From NCBI GenBank assembly GCA_045653945.1, contig JAZOML010000003.1, positions 7,270 through 71,269 of the forward strand: a DNA stretch of 64,000 nucleotides, written 5' to 3'. Of the stretch, positions 36,449-45,966 are shown in pieces. The stretch's first letter is position 1, and the number at the start of each line of letters is the position of its first letter. The translations under genes and the position numbers were made by a program. The notes under the pieces were generated by a model, which saw only the letters and a list, made by a program, of their open reading frames with translations, was not told the DNA's origin and did not search any database. The DNA comes from Eubacteriales bacterium (GTDB lineage Bacteria; Bacillota; Clostridia; Oscillospirales; CAG-272).

Positions 36449-36485
36449 ATAGCGGCATTTTGACTAACAAAATGCCGCTATTTAC
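36449..36485 (+). terminator. rho-independent terminator after serS
   Basis: atagcggcatttt-gactaac-aaaatgccgctat followed by ttt. Confidence 0.6.
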
Positions 36486-36499
36486 AAAAACAAACACAT

Positions 36500-36515
36500 T
36501 GTTTCACGTGAAACA
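36500..36515. other. parS site (perfect)
   Basis: tgtttcacgtgaaaca. Confidence 0.9.
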
Positions 36516-36534
36516 AATCGCGAAAGGATAACAA

Positions 36535-37275
36535 ATGAATTTAAGTGATATATTTTTAAGCGACGGCTCACTTTCACCCACCTTGATACTTTGGACCTTC
36601 TATTTAGCCGTCGTAATAGGCACCATTATCTACTATCTAACCAATGCGCAAATCTGCAAGCTCGTATCGAAGCTGATAGAAATAGGAGCCGACAGCCCCG
36701 AAACAGCGGTATATCTAAAGGACACTGAAATTAGCCTCGGATTTTTACTTCAACTTTCACTAAAATCCCCAATCAACTACAAAAATTTACTAGTGGCAAT
36801 CACTTCCGAAGGCAAATTTTATGCCAATTCATTTTACACCGATACGCCGCCCGCAATCAAAGAACTTAAAGCTATAACGCGCGTTAAAAGGTCAAAAGTC
36901 AAAGAAAAAGACAACACCCCCGATACTGAAAACACAGAAGCACACCTCAAGGCAACCGACACTATCACAGCAGAGGAAACCGCAAATAATATCACAGAGG
37001 CTTTAAACACAAAAGAAAGCATTTCTAAGGCGCAGGAAAATACACCGAAAAACCAAGCAGTATATACCCAAAATACCCCTCAACGGGTGAAATTTAACCC
37101 ACTTAACACAAAATACTACATTCCAAAGCAAGTGCACGACAGAGCAAAAAATCTATACAAAACACCAAAAATAAAATTAACATATCTTATTTTGGCTCTA
37201 TTAGGATTCGCCGTCGTAACCTTCTTGGCAACACTTGCGCTCGATACGTTTATAGAGATGTTTTCCTCTATCTGA
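36535..37275 (+). CDS. hypothetical membrane protein with Thr/Asn-rich central linker
   Basis: N-terminal TM (LILWTFYLAVVIGTIIYYL) and C-terminal TM (YLILALLGFAVVTFLATLAL). 246 aa. Confidence 0.6.
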   Translation: MNLSDIFLSDGSLSPTLILWTFYLAVVIGTIIYYLTNAQICKLVSKLIEIGADSPETAVYLKDTEISLGFLLQLSLKSPINYKNLLVAITSEGKFYANSFYTDTPPAIKELKAITRVKRSKVKEKDNTPDTENTEAHLKATDTITAEETANNITEALNTKESISKAQENTPKNQAVYTQNTPQRVKFNPLNTKYYIPKQVHDRAKNLYKTPKIKLTYLILALLGFAVVTFLATLALDTFIEMFSSI

Positions 37276-37284
37276 AACTAAACA

Positions 37285-37317
37285 TAAAAAATCCACCGAG
37301 TTTTCGGTGGATTTTTT
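37285..37317. terminator. bidirectional terminator
   Basis: aaaaaatccaccga-gttt-tcggtggatttttt, between convergent genes. Confidence 0.7.
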
Positions 37318-37347
37318 ATGTAGCAATTTTTGTCTAGTTTTAAGCTA

Positions 37348-37917
37348 TCACTTTACAAGCTCGCCGTAGCACTTGCCAAATCCGCAAACCGCATTGGATT
37401 CATCGGTATCAATATGCATTGCAAGAGCGAACTTAGGGCTTACTCTGACAACAACGTCGCCAAGAAGCGCAGTTCTGCCACTTTCAACCTTAACACTGAC
37501 AACCTGACCGTTTTCAACGCCATAATTTGCCGCATCCTCAGGAGTCATATGAATATGACGCTTAGCAATGATAACACCGTTTACGGTTTCAACCTCGCCA
37601 CAAGGACCAACGAGCTTAATTCCGGGTGTACCCTCAAGGTCGCCGCTCTCGCGAAGAGGAGCATCAACACCAAGAGTTCTGGCGTCAGTATAGGATACCT
37701 CAACCTGTGTTGCAGGACGAACAGGTCCGAGAATAATAACGTTTGCTATTTCTTTCTTAGGTCCAACAATCTTAACTCTCTCCTCACAGGCGAACTGACC
37801 GGGCTGGCTGAGGTCCTTTTTATGTGTAAGAGTTGCGCCTGCTCCAAAGAGAGTTTCAAGGTCTGCCTGGCTTAAATGTACGTGTCTTGCTGAAGTTTCA
37901 ACTAAAATCTTTTCCAT
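37348..37917 (-). CDS. pduL: phosphate propanoyltransferase PduL-family protein (stand-alone)
   Basis: VETSARHVHLSQADLETLFG...IAKRHIHMTPEDA...HIDTDESNA, the duplicated PduL motif. Confidence 0.85.
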   Translation of the reverse strand: MEKILVETSARHVHLSQADLETLFGAGATLTHKKDLSQPGQFACEERVKIVGPKKEIANVIILGPVRPATQVEVSYTDARTLGVDAPLRESGDLEGTPGIKLVGPCGEVETVNGVIIAKRHIHMTPEDAANYGVENGQVVSVKVESGRTALLGDVVVRVSPKFALAMHIDTDESNAVCGFGKCYGELVK

Positions 37918-38048
37918 ATTTTTTGTTTCCTTTCGGTATAATTCATTACTAAATCATTATACTATATTTGACTAAAAAAGTAAAGAGGTTTTGGCATTTT
38001 TTTGCCGAAATTTTTGAAAAATCAAAGAATACGTCAAAGGAGATTAGT

Positions 38049-39302
38049 ATGAAAAACGACAAAAAAAGCTCCACAAAGGAGAGCAAATCAACACTTATTC
38101 CCAAAAGCAGGATAAAAAGCGAGGACCTTCCTTTTAATAGAGAACTGGCAATAGAGCATCAAGTTCACGGAAATAAAATGACGCACGACGAAGTGGTCGG
38201 TGGCGGTCATACAATCGACGTTTTACAGGGGCAGGGAAGTCAGTTTTCGGATTTTGTATTCGGAAAAAGCGGCTCGCAACCACCCTGCAGTAACAAAGAG
38301 AAGCCCGAAAACGGACATGCAACGCCCAATTATGAGGGTACTGTCGGCGGCGCGGACAAGGTTGGCACAACGCCCAATTACGAGGGCACTGTCGGCGGTG
38401 CGGACAAGGTTGGCGCAACGCCAAATTACGAGGGTACCGTTGGCAAAAAGAGCAGCGACGCAGATAAAAAAAGCAATTCATACGCAATCAAAAGGGAACA
38501 CGCAGAGCCTCTACGCGACAATTTCGGACAAGTACCGCCGGCTGTTAACAGTGTTTACGGAAACACGGATATAAGCAGGCGCACCTACGGAGATTTTAGC
38601 GAAAGCAATTTAAAAAACAGCACCGCTACCGACAACAAAGGCGGCAACAAGGATGAAAAAAACAGCGAAAGCACAGAAAAAAACAAGAAAAAAGACCGCG
38701 CAGTAACGGTAAAAAGCAACAAAAAGCTTATAAAAACCATTGTGATAGCAGGGCAAATCGAGGGACACACTCAGTTACCGCAGGAGCAAAAGGCAACGAA
38801 GTATGAGGAGCTTATCCCACAGCTGATTGAGATAGAGGAAACCGACGAAATCGGCGGACTTTTACTGATTTTGAACACCGTCGGCGGCGACGTCGAAGCA
38901 GGTCTTGCCCTATCCGAGCTTATCGCAGGAATGAAAAAGCCAACCGCTTCCCTTGTGCTCGGCGGTGGGCATTCGATAGGAGTGCCACTCGCAGTTTCGA
39001 CAAAGCGTTCATTTATTGTACCAAGCGCAACTATGACGTTACACCCCGTCCGTGTTACGGGTATGGTTCTCAGCGCTCCGCAAACCTACGTTTATCTTAA
39101 CAATATGCAGGAGCGCATAATAAATTTCGTTTGTTCGCACAGCAGCATAAAGCGGGAGCGTTTCAGTGCCCTTATGCTCGCAAGAGAGGAAATGTCAACA
39201 GATCTCGGTTCGGTTCTCGACGGCAAAAAGGCGGTAGATGAGGGGCTTATAGATACGTTGGGAACACTCAGCGATGCAATGGAGTATCTATCCTCTTTCT
39301 AA
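38049..39302 (+). CDS. ClpP/TepA-like serine protease domain with long disordered N-terminal extension
   Basis: C-terminal part LLILNTVGGDVEAGLALSELIAGMKKPTASLVLGGGHSIGVPLAV...ATMTLHPVR. N-terminal roughly 230 aa is low complexity, with three tandem TPNYEGTVGGADKVG repeats. ATG at 38049 has RBS AAGGAG. Confidence 0.75.
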   Translation: MKNDKKSSTKESKSTLIPKSRIKSEDLPFNRELAIEHQVHGNKMTHDEVVGGGHTIDVLQGQGSQFSDFVFGKSGSQPPCSNKEKPENGHATPNYEGTVGGADKVGTTPNYEGTVGGADKVGATPNYEGTVGKKSSDADKKSNSYAIKREHAEPLRDNFGQVPPAVNSVYGNTDISRRTYGDFSESNLKNSTATDNKGGNKDEKNSESTEKNKKKDRAVTVKSNKKLIKTIVIAGQIEGHTQLPQEQKATKYEELIPQLIEIEETDEIGGLLLILNTVGGDVEAGLALSELIAGMKKPTASLVLGGGHSIGVPLAVSTKRSFIVPSATMTLHPVRVTGMVLSAPQTYVYLNNMQERIINFVCSHSSIKRERFSALMLAREEMSTDLGSVLDGKKAVDEGLIDTLGTLSDAMEYLSSF

Positions 39303-39438
39303 CCGTACTTTTCTTGTAAGAAAAGTACGGTTAGCACCAGCAAGCGAATAATTGATATAGTGTAAATTTAAACTGTATATCACGGCGGCGTAGTAAGAGA
39401 AGTTCTTTTGCCTACTTTTCTTACAAGAAAAGTACGGT
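39303..39438 (+). repeat. full-length mosaic repeat flanked by two core hairpins
   Basis: ccgtacttttcttgtaagaaaagtacgg, then gcgaataattgatatagtgtaaatttaaactgtatatcacggcggcgtagtaagagaagttcttttgc, then ctacttttcttacaagaaaagtacgg. Confidence 0.85.
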
Positions 39439-39453
39439 GGAATATAAAACCGA

Positions 39454-39482
39454 AAAAGCAAGGTTTAAAACCTTGCTTTTTT
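39454..39482 (+). terminator. rho-independent terminator
   Basis: aaaagcaagg-tttaaaa-ccttgctttttt. Confidence 0.65.
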
Positions 39483-39485
39483 ACC

Positions 39486-39514
39486 TTTACAAATGCAAAT
39501 ATTTATGATATAAT
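39486..39514 (+). promoter_or_regulatory. sigmaA promoter of the TIR/LRR operon
   Basis: TTTACA - 17 nt - TATAAT. A leader of about 100 nt follows, containing the inverted repeat gtgtaata...tattacac. Confidence 0.6.
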
Positions 39515-39614
39515 AATAAATAATAAATATCAAAATGTGTAATATATGTTTAAATTCACCGAGTTTAAGATAGAATTCGGATTTAGGTATTACACTTAAA
39601 AAGGAGTAAGCTTT

Positions 39615-40667
39615 ATGTCAACGCCCACACCGTATAGCGGTAGCGAGCCTTTTATATTTCTGAGCTTTTCGGAAAAGGACAGCACTGCCGTATTGCGATT
39701 AATCTCAAAAATGCAAGTCGACGGCTACCGCATCTGGTACGATGACGGCACAAGCCTCGAAGAGAATTATTCTAAAACCGTTGCAGACAAAATAAGCAGC
39801 TGCGAGTTTTTCATCGCAATCTTTACTTCAAGCTTTATTTCCACAGATGCCTGCATTTCTCAGCTTGATATGGCACAGAAGGAAAGAAAAAGCGGCACCG
39901 CAATATTCTTAGAGGAGCTCACCCTCTCGCTGGGTATGAGATTTCGTCTTTTGCAGTTCGACGGCTTTCATAAGTACGCATATACAAACGAAAACGACTT
40001 TTGGGACGAGCTATACGAAAGCGATAATTTCGGATTGTTTAATTTATCCGATGCGCCCAAAAGACCTACCCCCGAAACCTCAAGTCCCAACAAAGATTTT
40101 TTAATAGAGAACGGAGTGCTTTCGGCTTATTCGGGCGATGACGAATACGTCGTCATACCGGAGGGCGTACATAAAATAGACCGTATGGCTTTTGCGTTCA
40201 ACAATAGCATAAAGACCGTCTTTGTACCAAGCTCAATAACGTTTATTGACGAAATGGCGTTTTATCAATGCACAAGCCTTGTTGAGGTTTTCCTGCCCGA
40301 CACTATAAACCATATCGGCGAAAAAGCCTTTGCGGGCTGCACGTCCTTTGCTCGTTTTTTCGCTCCCGAGAAAGTTAAAAAAATACTGCCCGGCACTTTT
40401 TGGGGCTGCACCGCGCTTGTAAGGGTAATTATTAGCAACAGTGTTACAGAGATAGGCGCCCAAGCATTCAAGCTTTGCGAAAATCTTAACGAGGTAGTTA
40501 TCGGTAGCGGACTCACAAGTCTTGCCGCCGACGCCTTTGACGACTGCAAACGTCCGCTTACCATACGTTACAAGGGTACGCGGGAAGCGTGGTATAAAAT
40601 CATAGAAGCTCTCGGCTGGAAAAAGGGCGAGGGAAAATATATAGTTCACTATAACCAAAAGGGCTAA
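39615..40667 (+). CDS. TIR-domain / BspA-type LRR protein (TIR catalytic Glu replaced by Gln)
   Basis: N-terminus PYSGSEPFIFLSFSEKD...GYRIWYDDG...FFIAIFTSSFISTDACISQLDMA (Q83, codon 39861-39863). About six LRRs of the form IPxxVxxIxxxAFxxCxxL follow. Cap YKGTREAWYKIIEALGWKKGEGKYIVHY. RBS AAGGAG. No signal peptide. Confidence 0.8.
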   Translation: MSTPTPYSGSEPFIFLSFSEKDSTAVLRLISKMQVDGYRIWYDDGTSLEENYSKTVADKISSCEFFIAIFTSSFISTDACISQLDMAQKERKSGTAIFLEELTLSLGMRFRLLQFDGFHKYAYTNENDFWDELYESDNFGLFNLSDAPKRPTPETSSPNKDFLIENGVLSAYSGDDEYVVIPEGVHKIDRMAFAFNNSIKTVFVPSSITFIDEMAFYQCTSLVEVFLPDTINHIGEKAFAGCTSFARFFAPEKVKKILPGTFWGCTALVRVIISNSVTEIGAQAFKLCENLNEVVIGSGLTSLAADAFDDCKRPLTIRYKGTREAWYKIIEALGWKKGEGKYIVHYNQKG

Positions 40668-40672
40668 AAATT

Positions 40673-41581
40673 ATGGACAAGATGAATGATTTTGTAATAG
40701 AAGACGGAATGCTGACCGAATACATAGGAGATGGCGGGCGTGTCATTATACCCGACGGTGTCAGAAGTATAGGCGACGAGGCGTTTGCCGCTTGCGAGCC
40801 TATTACGGAAATTTTAATACCAAACACCGTTGTTTCAATAGGAAATAAGGCGTTTGAGGGCTGCGAGGGTATTACCAAAATAACTCTGCCCGACAATCTT
40901 AAATTTATCGGCAAATTTGCATTTGTCGGATGCACCTCTCTTGAAGAAATTAACATTTCGGAAAGCAACTCCGCCTATAAATCGCTTTTCGGAGTGCTCT
41001 ATTCAAAGGACGGAAGAACACTTATTTGCCACCCCGCAGCAAAAAAGGGCGGAACGTTCTTTGTGCCCCATAACGTACAGCGCATAGACCTCGGCGCATT
41101 TTGGAAATGCAAAAGCCTTGAATGTATTATGCTACCGTTCGGCTTAAAGGAAATTTGCTATGGCGCATTTAACGAGTGCGTATCGCTTTCCGTTATTTCA
41201 ATACCAAGCACCGTAACGACGCTTGGCGGACTTGCCTTCGGCTCCTGCAAGGCGCTGACCTCGATAACCCTGCCAAAGAGCATAGTTGAAATATCAAACT
41301 TCACCTTTTCGTACTGTACCGGACTTAAAAGCTTCAAGGTACATAACGGAATAAAGAAAATCGGCAACTATGCGTTTTTTAACTGCAAAAATCTTACCGA
41401 GATATATATTGGCAGCTCCGTCAATTCACTAGGCGAAAGCGCACTTTCCTATTGCAACAGTCCGCTTACCGTAAAATACGCAGGCTCAAAGCCGACCTTT
41501 TATAAGCTCATTGAAAAGCAGGGCTGGAAAAAGGGCGAGGGTAAATACATAGTATATTACAACCAGGAAGAGCCTACATAA
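40673..41581 (+). CDS. BspA-type LRR protein, no signal peptide
   Basis: MDKMNDFVIEDGMLTEYIGDGGRVIIPDGVRSIGDEAFAAC... About nine repeats. Cap YAGSKPTFYKLIEKQGWKKGEGKYIVYY. Starts 5 nt after the upstream stop. Confidence 0.8.
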   Translation: MDKMNDFVIEDGMLTEYIGDGGRVIIPDGVRSIGDEAFAACEPITEILIPNTVVSIGNKAFEGCEGITKITLPDNLKFIGKFAFVGCTSLEEINISESNSAYKSLFGVLYSKDGRTLICHPAAKKGGTFFVPHNVQRIDLGAFWKCKSLECIMLPFGLKEICYGAFNECVSLSVISIPSTVTTLGGLAFGSCKALTSITLPKSIVEISNFTFSYCTGLKSFKVHNGIKKIGNYAFFNCKNLTEIYIGSSVNSLGESALSYCNSPLTVKYAGSKPTFYKLIEKQGWKKGEGKYIVYYNQEEPT

Positions 41582-41601
41582 AAGAAAGCGAAATACCGAA
41601 A

Positions 41602-42396
41602 ATGAACGAGCTACACGATTTTAATTTCGAGGACGAGGCGATTTGCGGATACACCGGCAAGTCAAACGACGTCGTTATCCCCGACGGAATAGAGCATATA
41701 AGACACACGGCGTTCAGCCATTACGAAAGACTGACCTCTCTTACTGTTCCAAGCAGCGTCAAAAAAATAGGCGATCTTGCATTTTCGGGCTGTCGAGGAC
41801 TTAAAAAAATAACCTTAAGCGAGGGACTTGAGGAAATCGGCTACGGCGCCTTCCGTGAGTGTACAGAGATAACGGAAATCGTTATACCGAGCACAGTAAA
41901 GAAAATAGGGCGCGAAGCGTTTGCCGCTTGTTATAGCCTGACCTCTATCACACTTCCCCCCGACCTTACCGAGCTTAAAGAGGGTGCGTTTTCGGGCTGC
42001 CATAGCCTGCCCGCCATTGACCTGCCGAAGGGAAGTACCAAAATAGGCGCAAGTACATTTGCCTCTTGCAAGGCACTGAGCGAGCTGAAAATACCCGACG
42101 GTGTTACCGAAATAGAGGAACGAGCCTTTTGCAACTGTCCGGGACTTACTGTATTTGAAATTCCCGATGGCGTTGTAAAGCTCGGCAAAAGAGCATTTTG
42201 GAAATGCGAAAATCTACATACGCTAATCATCGGACGGGGACTTAAGAGCATCGGGCAGGGCGCATTTGAGGATTGCCCCTCACTCAAGGTAATAAAATAC
42301 GCATCCTCAAAGCGAGATTTTGAAAAAATCAAAAAGCCAACCACGTGGAAAGATGACCTCAAAGGCTACCAAGTAGATTTTAACTGTAAGAACTGA
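41602..42396 (+). CDS. BspA-type LRR protein, no signal peptide
   Basis: HDFNFEDEAICGYTGKSNDVVIPDGIEHIRHTAFSHYERLTSLTVPSSVKKIGDLAFSGC... Cap YASSKRDFEKIKKPTTWKDDLKGYQVDF. Confidence 0.8.
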   Translation: MNELHDFNFEDEAICGYTGKSNDVVIPDGIEHIRHTAFSHYERLTSLTVPSSVKKIGDLAFSGCRGLKKITLSEGLEEIGYGAFRECTEITEIVIPSTVKKIGREAFAACYSLTSITLPPDLTELKEGAFSGCHSLPAIDLPKGSTKIGASTFASCKALSELKIPDGVTEIEERAFCNCPGLTVFEIPDGVVKLGKRAFWKCENLHTLIIGRGLKSIGQGAFEDCPSLKVIKYASSKRDFEKIKKPTTWKDDLKGYQVDFNCKN

Positions 42397-42479
42397 ATAA
42401 AAGGAGCGTTTCGTGTATTTTACACACCTTATACGGATAAGAGTCATCCGCACAACCGCAACTAAAAAGTGAGATAAAA

Positions 42480-44102
42480 ATGATAAATTTAAAAGACTTC
42501 GTAATCGAAGGGGACACCCTCGTATCATACAAAGGCAGAGAAAAAAACCTTAAAATCCCTTTTCTTGTAACTAAAATAGCGGAAAAGGCGTTTTTCGGCA
42601 ACGACTTTATCAAAACCCTTGCCCTGCCAATAAGCGTTACAAGTATTGCGCCTCGTGCGTTTTTCGGCTGCACGTCGCTTGAGAGCATATACCTACCACC
42701 CTCACTTGAGAAAATAGGCGACGAGGCGTTTAAAAAATGCTCCTCGCTTAAATACGTGCTTTTCGGCGGCAACGAGAATGAGTGGGAAAGGGTGGAAAAG
42801 GGTAACCTTTGGTGCACCCCAACGGGCGAATTTTGTATGAAATTCAACTGTCCTTCGAGTATACAAAACAACCCAAAGGACTTTATAATTGAGGACACCA
42901 CGCTCAACACCTACACAGGCACCGACGCACACGTAATAGTCCCCGACGGCATAACGGTTATCGGAGATTGGGCGTTTGATGAATCGCATAACCTACAAAC
43001 AGTTTACCTTCCTGCAAGCATTACGGAAATAGGAATATACGCCTTTGCACACTGCCCCGACTTTGCCGTAATTTATTTTGGCGGCAGCAACGAGCAGTGG
43101 GAGAATATAATTACGGGGATATTTTGGGATTTCGGCGTAGAGGATTACACCGTAGTTTGCGACTGTAAGCCGAATACTGCCGAGGACTTCGTCATCGAGA
43201 ACGGAGAGCTGCTCAAATACGTAGGCGACAGTCGGGCAGTCAGCATCCCCTACGGCGTAAATAAGGTCGCCGACGGTGCGTTTGCGGAATCAGACTTTGT
43301 TACGTCGCTTATCTTCCCCGACACCGTCGATACAATAACGGCAGGCTCACTTGAAGGACTCCGTAACCTCAGAGTCGTTCAAACGGGCGACGGCGTTACC
43401 GAAATACTTCCGAATACCTTTTCTATGTACCCCGAAATTGAGGCGGCTATCCTCGGTAAAAGCGTACACACCGTTGAAAGCTTTGCGTTTTGGTGCTGCA
43501 CAAAGCTAAAAAAGGTCATCTTTTCCGAGGGTGTTTACCACCTTCACAACGGAGCATTTTCAGGTTGCACAGCGCTTAAATGGGTAACGCTTCCGAGCAC
43601 CCTTGAGGAAATAGGCGACCAAGCATTTTTCGGTTGTACTGCGCTTGAACGGGTAGACTTTGACTGCGGAGTCAGACGTATCGGCTGGAGCGCCTTTGAC
43701 GGCTGCACCTCGCTTAAATGGATAGACCTGCCCGAAACGCTCAACCAAATCGGTTGGCACGCATTCAGCGGATGCACCTCTCTTGAAAAGGTAATACTTC
43801 ACGACAGACTTTACATAATCGGACGAGGCGCATTTGAAGAGTGCGCACTGACGGAAATAGATATTCCCGAAAAAACGCATACGATAGGAGATAAAGCGTT
43901 TTTCGGATGCCGAAAGCTTAAAACCGTAAATATCGGCAGTGATTTGCACACCCTCGGCAAGCACGCATTTGAGGGCTGCGACCACCCCGTTAACATAACC
44001 TTTAACGGCACCCGCTTCAGATGGAGCTGTATAATCCGCGAGCTTGACTGGAAAAAGGGCGAGGGAAAATACATCCTGCGCTACCTGAAAAAAGAAGACT
44101 AA
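42480..44102 (+). CDS. BspA-type LRR protein with three LRR-plus-cap modules
   Basis: Three units each begin (K/E)DF(V/I)IE...L..Y.G. They end in the caps GGNENEWERVEKGNLW, GGSNEQWENIITGIFW and NGTRFRWSCIIRELDWKKGEGKYILRY. Confidence 0.8.
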   Translation: MINLKDFVIEGDTLVSYKGREKNLKIPFLVTKIAEKAFFGNDFIKTLALPISVTSIAPRAFFGCTSLESIYLPPSLEKIGDEAFKKCSSLKYVLFGGNENEWERVEKGNLWCTPTGEFCMKFNCPSSIQNNPKDFIIEDTTLNTYTGTDAHVIVPDGITVIGDWAFDESHNLQTVYLPASITEIGIYAFAHCPDFAVIYFGGSNEQWENIITGIFWDFGVEDYTVVCDCKPNTAEDFVIENGELLKYVGDSRAVSIPYGVNKVADGAFAESDFVTSLIFPDTVDTITAGSLEGLRNLRVVQTGDGVTEILPNTFSMYPEIEAAILGKSVHTVESFAFWCCTKLKKVIFSEGVYHLHNGAFSGCTALKWVTLPSTLEEIGDQAFFGCTALERVDFDCGVRRIGWSAFDGCTSLKWIDLPETLNQIGWHAFSGCTSLEKVILHDRLYIIGRGAFEECALTEIDIPEKTHTIGDKAFFGCRKLKTVNIGSDLHTLGKHAFEGCDHPVNITFNGTRFRWSCIIRELDWKKGEGKYILRYLKKED

Positions 44103-44115
44103 AGGAGATTTGAAT

Positions 44116-45963
44116 ATGGAAATTCCAACCCCATATAAAGGAAACGAGCCATTTATCTTCGTCAGCTACGCGCATAAGGACGCGCCCACCGTTTACCCAA
44201 TCCTTGAAAAGCTACTGGGGGACGGCTACCGCATCTGGTACGACGAGGGCATTCCGCTTTCAAGCATTTGGGAGGACGTAATCCTTGAAAAGCTCCACAC
44301 CTGCGAATACTTTATTTTTTTCGTATCGGAAGCATCCGTCAAATCGGAGTGGTGTCAAAGGGAGCTACAAATCGCTCACGAAAAATCAAAGAAAATAGCC
44401 CCTATATACTTGGAGGACGCAGCTCTTACGGATATTATGCACAGCATTTTGCATAAGCTCCAAGCCCTTTTGAAATACAAATACGATGACGAAAGTAACT
44501 TCTTTACCAACCTCTACGACCAGGAGGACATAAAGCAATTCAGACCTCAGGATTTCGATATCGTCGGAGGCGTGCTTACGAAATACAACGGCAGGGAGGA
44601 AAACATCGTAATCCCCGAGCTTGTAAAACAAATAGGGCAAAAGGCTTTTTACAGTAACAGGCAGATAAAAAGCGTACACGTACCCTTTGGCGTAAAAAAA
44701 ATAGAGAGCCTTGCCTTTTTTGATTGCAAAAGCTTAAACGTTATATCCTTTACCGACGGCATAACCGAAATCGGCGCTCAGGCATTTTCGTATTGTGAGA
44801 AGCTGGAAAGCCTTGACTTTCCGGACAGTATCGAGAGCATAGGCTACGGGGCATTCAGTAATTGCACCTCGCTTTGCTCGGTATCCTTGCCAAGCAAAAT
44901 AAATGTGATACCGCAATGGGCTTTTGCCGACTGCCGCTCTCTTACCAATATAGCTATACCAAGCTCGGTTACACAAATAGACAGCTTCGCCTTCAATAAT
45001 TGCTACTCACTTGAAAGCGTTGATATTCCCGTAAGCATAACGGAAATAGGCGGCTCTGCCTTCAAAAGCTGCTCGTCGCTTTCCTTAATCAATTTCGGCG
45101 GCACAAAAAAACAGTGGGATGCCATTGAAAAGTATGAAACGTGGGATGCGGACACCCCAAGCTACACCGTAAAAATCAATAAAAACGGAGCATTTAAAAT
45201 CTTTGACGGTACGTTAAAGGGATATGACGGAAACGAAAAAAACGTAACCGTACCGAGCAAGGTCAAAAAAATAGGCAACGGAGCATTTTCGGATAACGAG
45301 CATATAGAAGCTATAACCCTGCCGCGCTCCATTACCGAAATAGGCGACGGCGCATTTTCGACGTGCAGAGAACTTAAAAGCATATGCTTACCGAACAGGC
45401 TCTCAAAAATCGGAGAAAACGCATTTTGCTCCTGTACAAGCCTTGAAAGCATAACTATTCCCAAAAAAATCAAAAAAATACCGTGGGCGGCCTTCAGAAG
45501 CTGTCATAACCTACGGCTTGTCGAACTTCCGCCAAATCTCACCGAAATAGGAAAATACGCATTTTGCTACTGCGAGAAGCTTGAAAGCATCGTATTACCA
45601 AACAAAATAAAGAAAATAGAGATGAGCGCATTTGCAAGCTGTGGACTTTCAAGTATAAGCCTGCCAACAGGCTTAACCGAAATAAGCACTATGACCTTTG
45701 CGAGCAACCCATTTGAAGCAATTAAAATACCGAGCGGCGTTACCGAAATAGGTAGCTTTGCGTTTTTGTGCTGCACAAAGCTTTCAAGCATCACACTCCC
45801 CCTCTCGCTCAAAAAAATAGGCGACGGCGCATTTAAACTTTGCTCTGCCCTTTCGGATATTTACTTTTGCGGCACGAAAGAGCAGTGGGAGGCAATAGAA
45901 AAGGAGGAAGGCTGGGACAGTGAAGCAGGCAGCTACACCGTCCACTTTGAATGCAAGGAGTAA
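44116..45963 (+). CDS. TIR-domain / BspA-type LRR protein (two LRR modules)
   Basis: PYKGNEPFIFVSYAHKD...GYRIWYDEG...YFIFFVSEASVKSEWCQRELQIA (Glu kept). Caps GGTKKQWDAIEKYETW and CGTKEQWEAIEKEEGW. ATG at 44116 has RBS AAGGAG; the track TTG is at 44110. Confidence 0.8.
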   Translation: MEIPTPYKGNEPFIFVSYAHKDAPTVYPILEKLLGDGYRIWYDEGIPLSSIWEDVILEKLHTCEYFIFFVSEASVKSEWCQRELQIAHEKSKKIAPIYLEDAALTDIMHSILHKLQALLKYKYDDESNFFTNLYDQEDIKQFRPQDFDIVGGVLTKYNGREENIVIPELVKQIGQKAFYSNRQIKSVHVPFGVKKIESLAFFDCKSLNVISFTDGITEIGAQAFSYCEKLESLDFPDSIESIGYGAFSNCTSLCSVSLPSKINVIPQWAFADCRSLTNIAIPSSVTQIDSFAFNNCYSLESVDIPVSITEIGGSAFKSCSSLSLINFGGTKKQWDAIEKYETWDADTPSYTVKINKNGAFKIFDGTLKGYDGNEKNVTVPSKVKKIGNGAFSDNEHIEAITLPRSITEIGDGAFSTCRELKSICLPNRLSKIGENAFCSCTSLESITIPKKIKKIPWAAFRSCHNLRLVELPPNLTEIGKYAFCYCEKLESIVLPNKIKKIEMSAFASCGLSSISLPTGLTEISTMTFASNPFEAIKIPSGVTEIGSFAFLCCTKLSSITLPLSLKKIGDGAFKLCSALSDIYFCGTKEQWEAIEKEEGWDSEAGSYTVHFECKE

Positions 45964-45966
45964 AAA

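Noticed and set aside
37330-37875. 181-aa plus-strand ORF overlapping pduL
   Set aside because: It is antisense shadow of a gene with clear duplicated PduL motifs on the minus strand.
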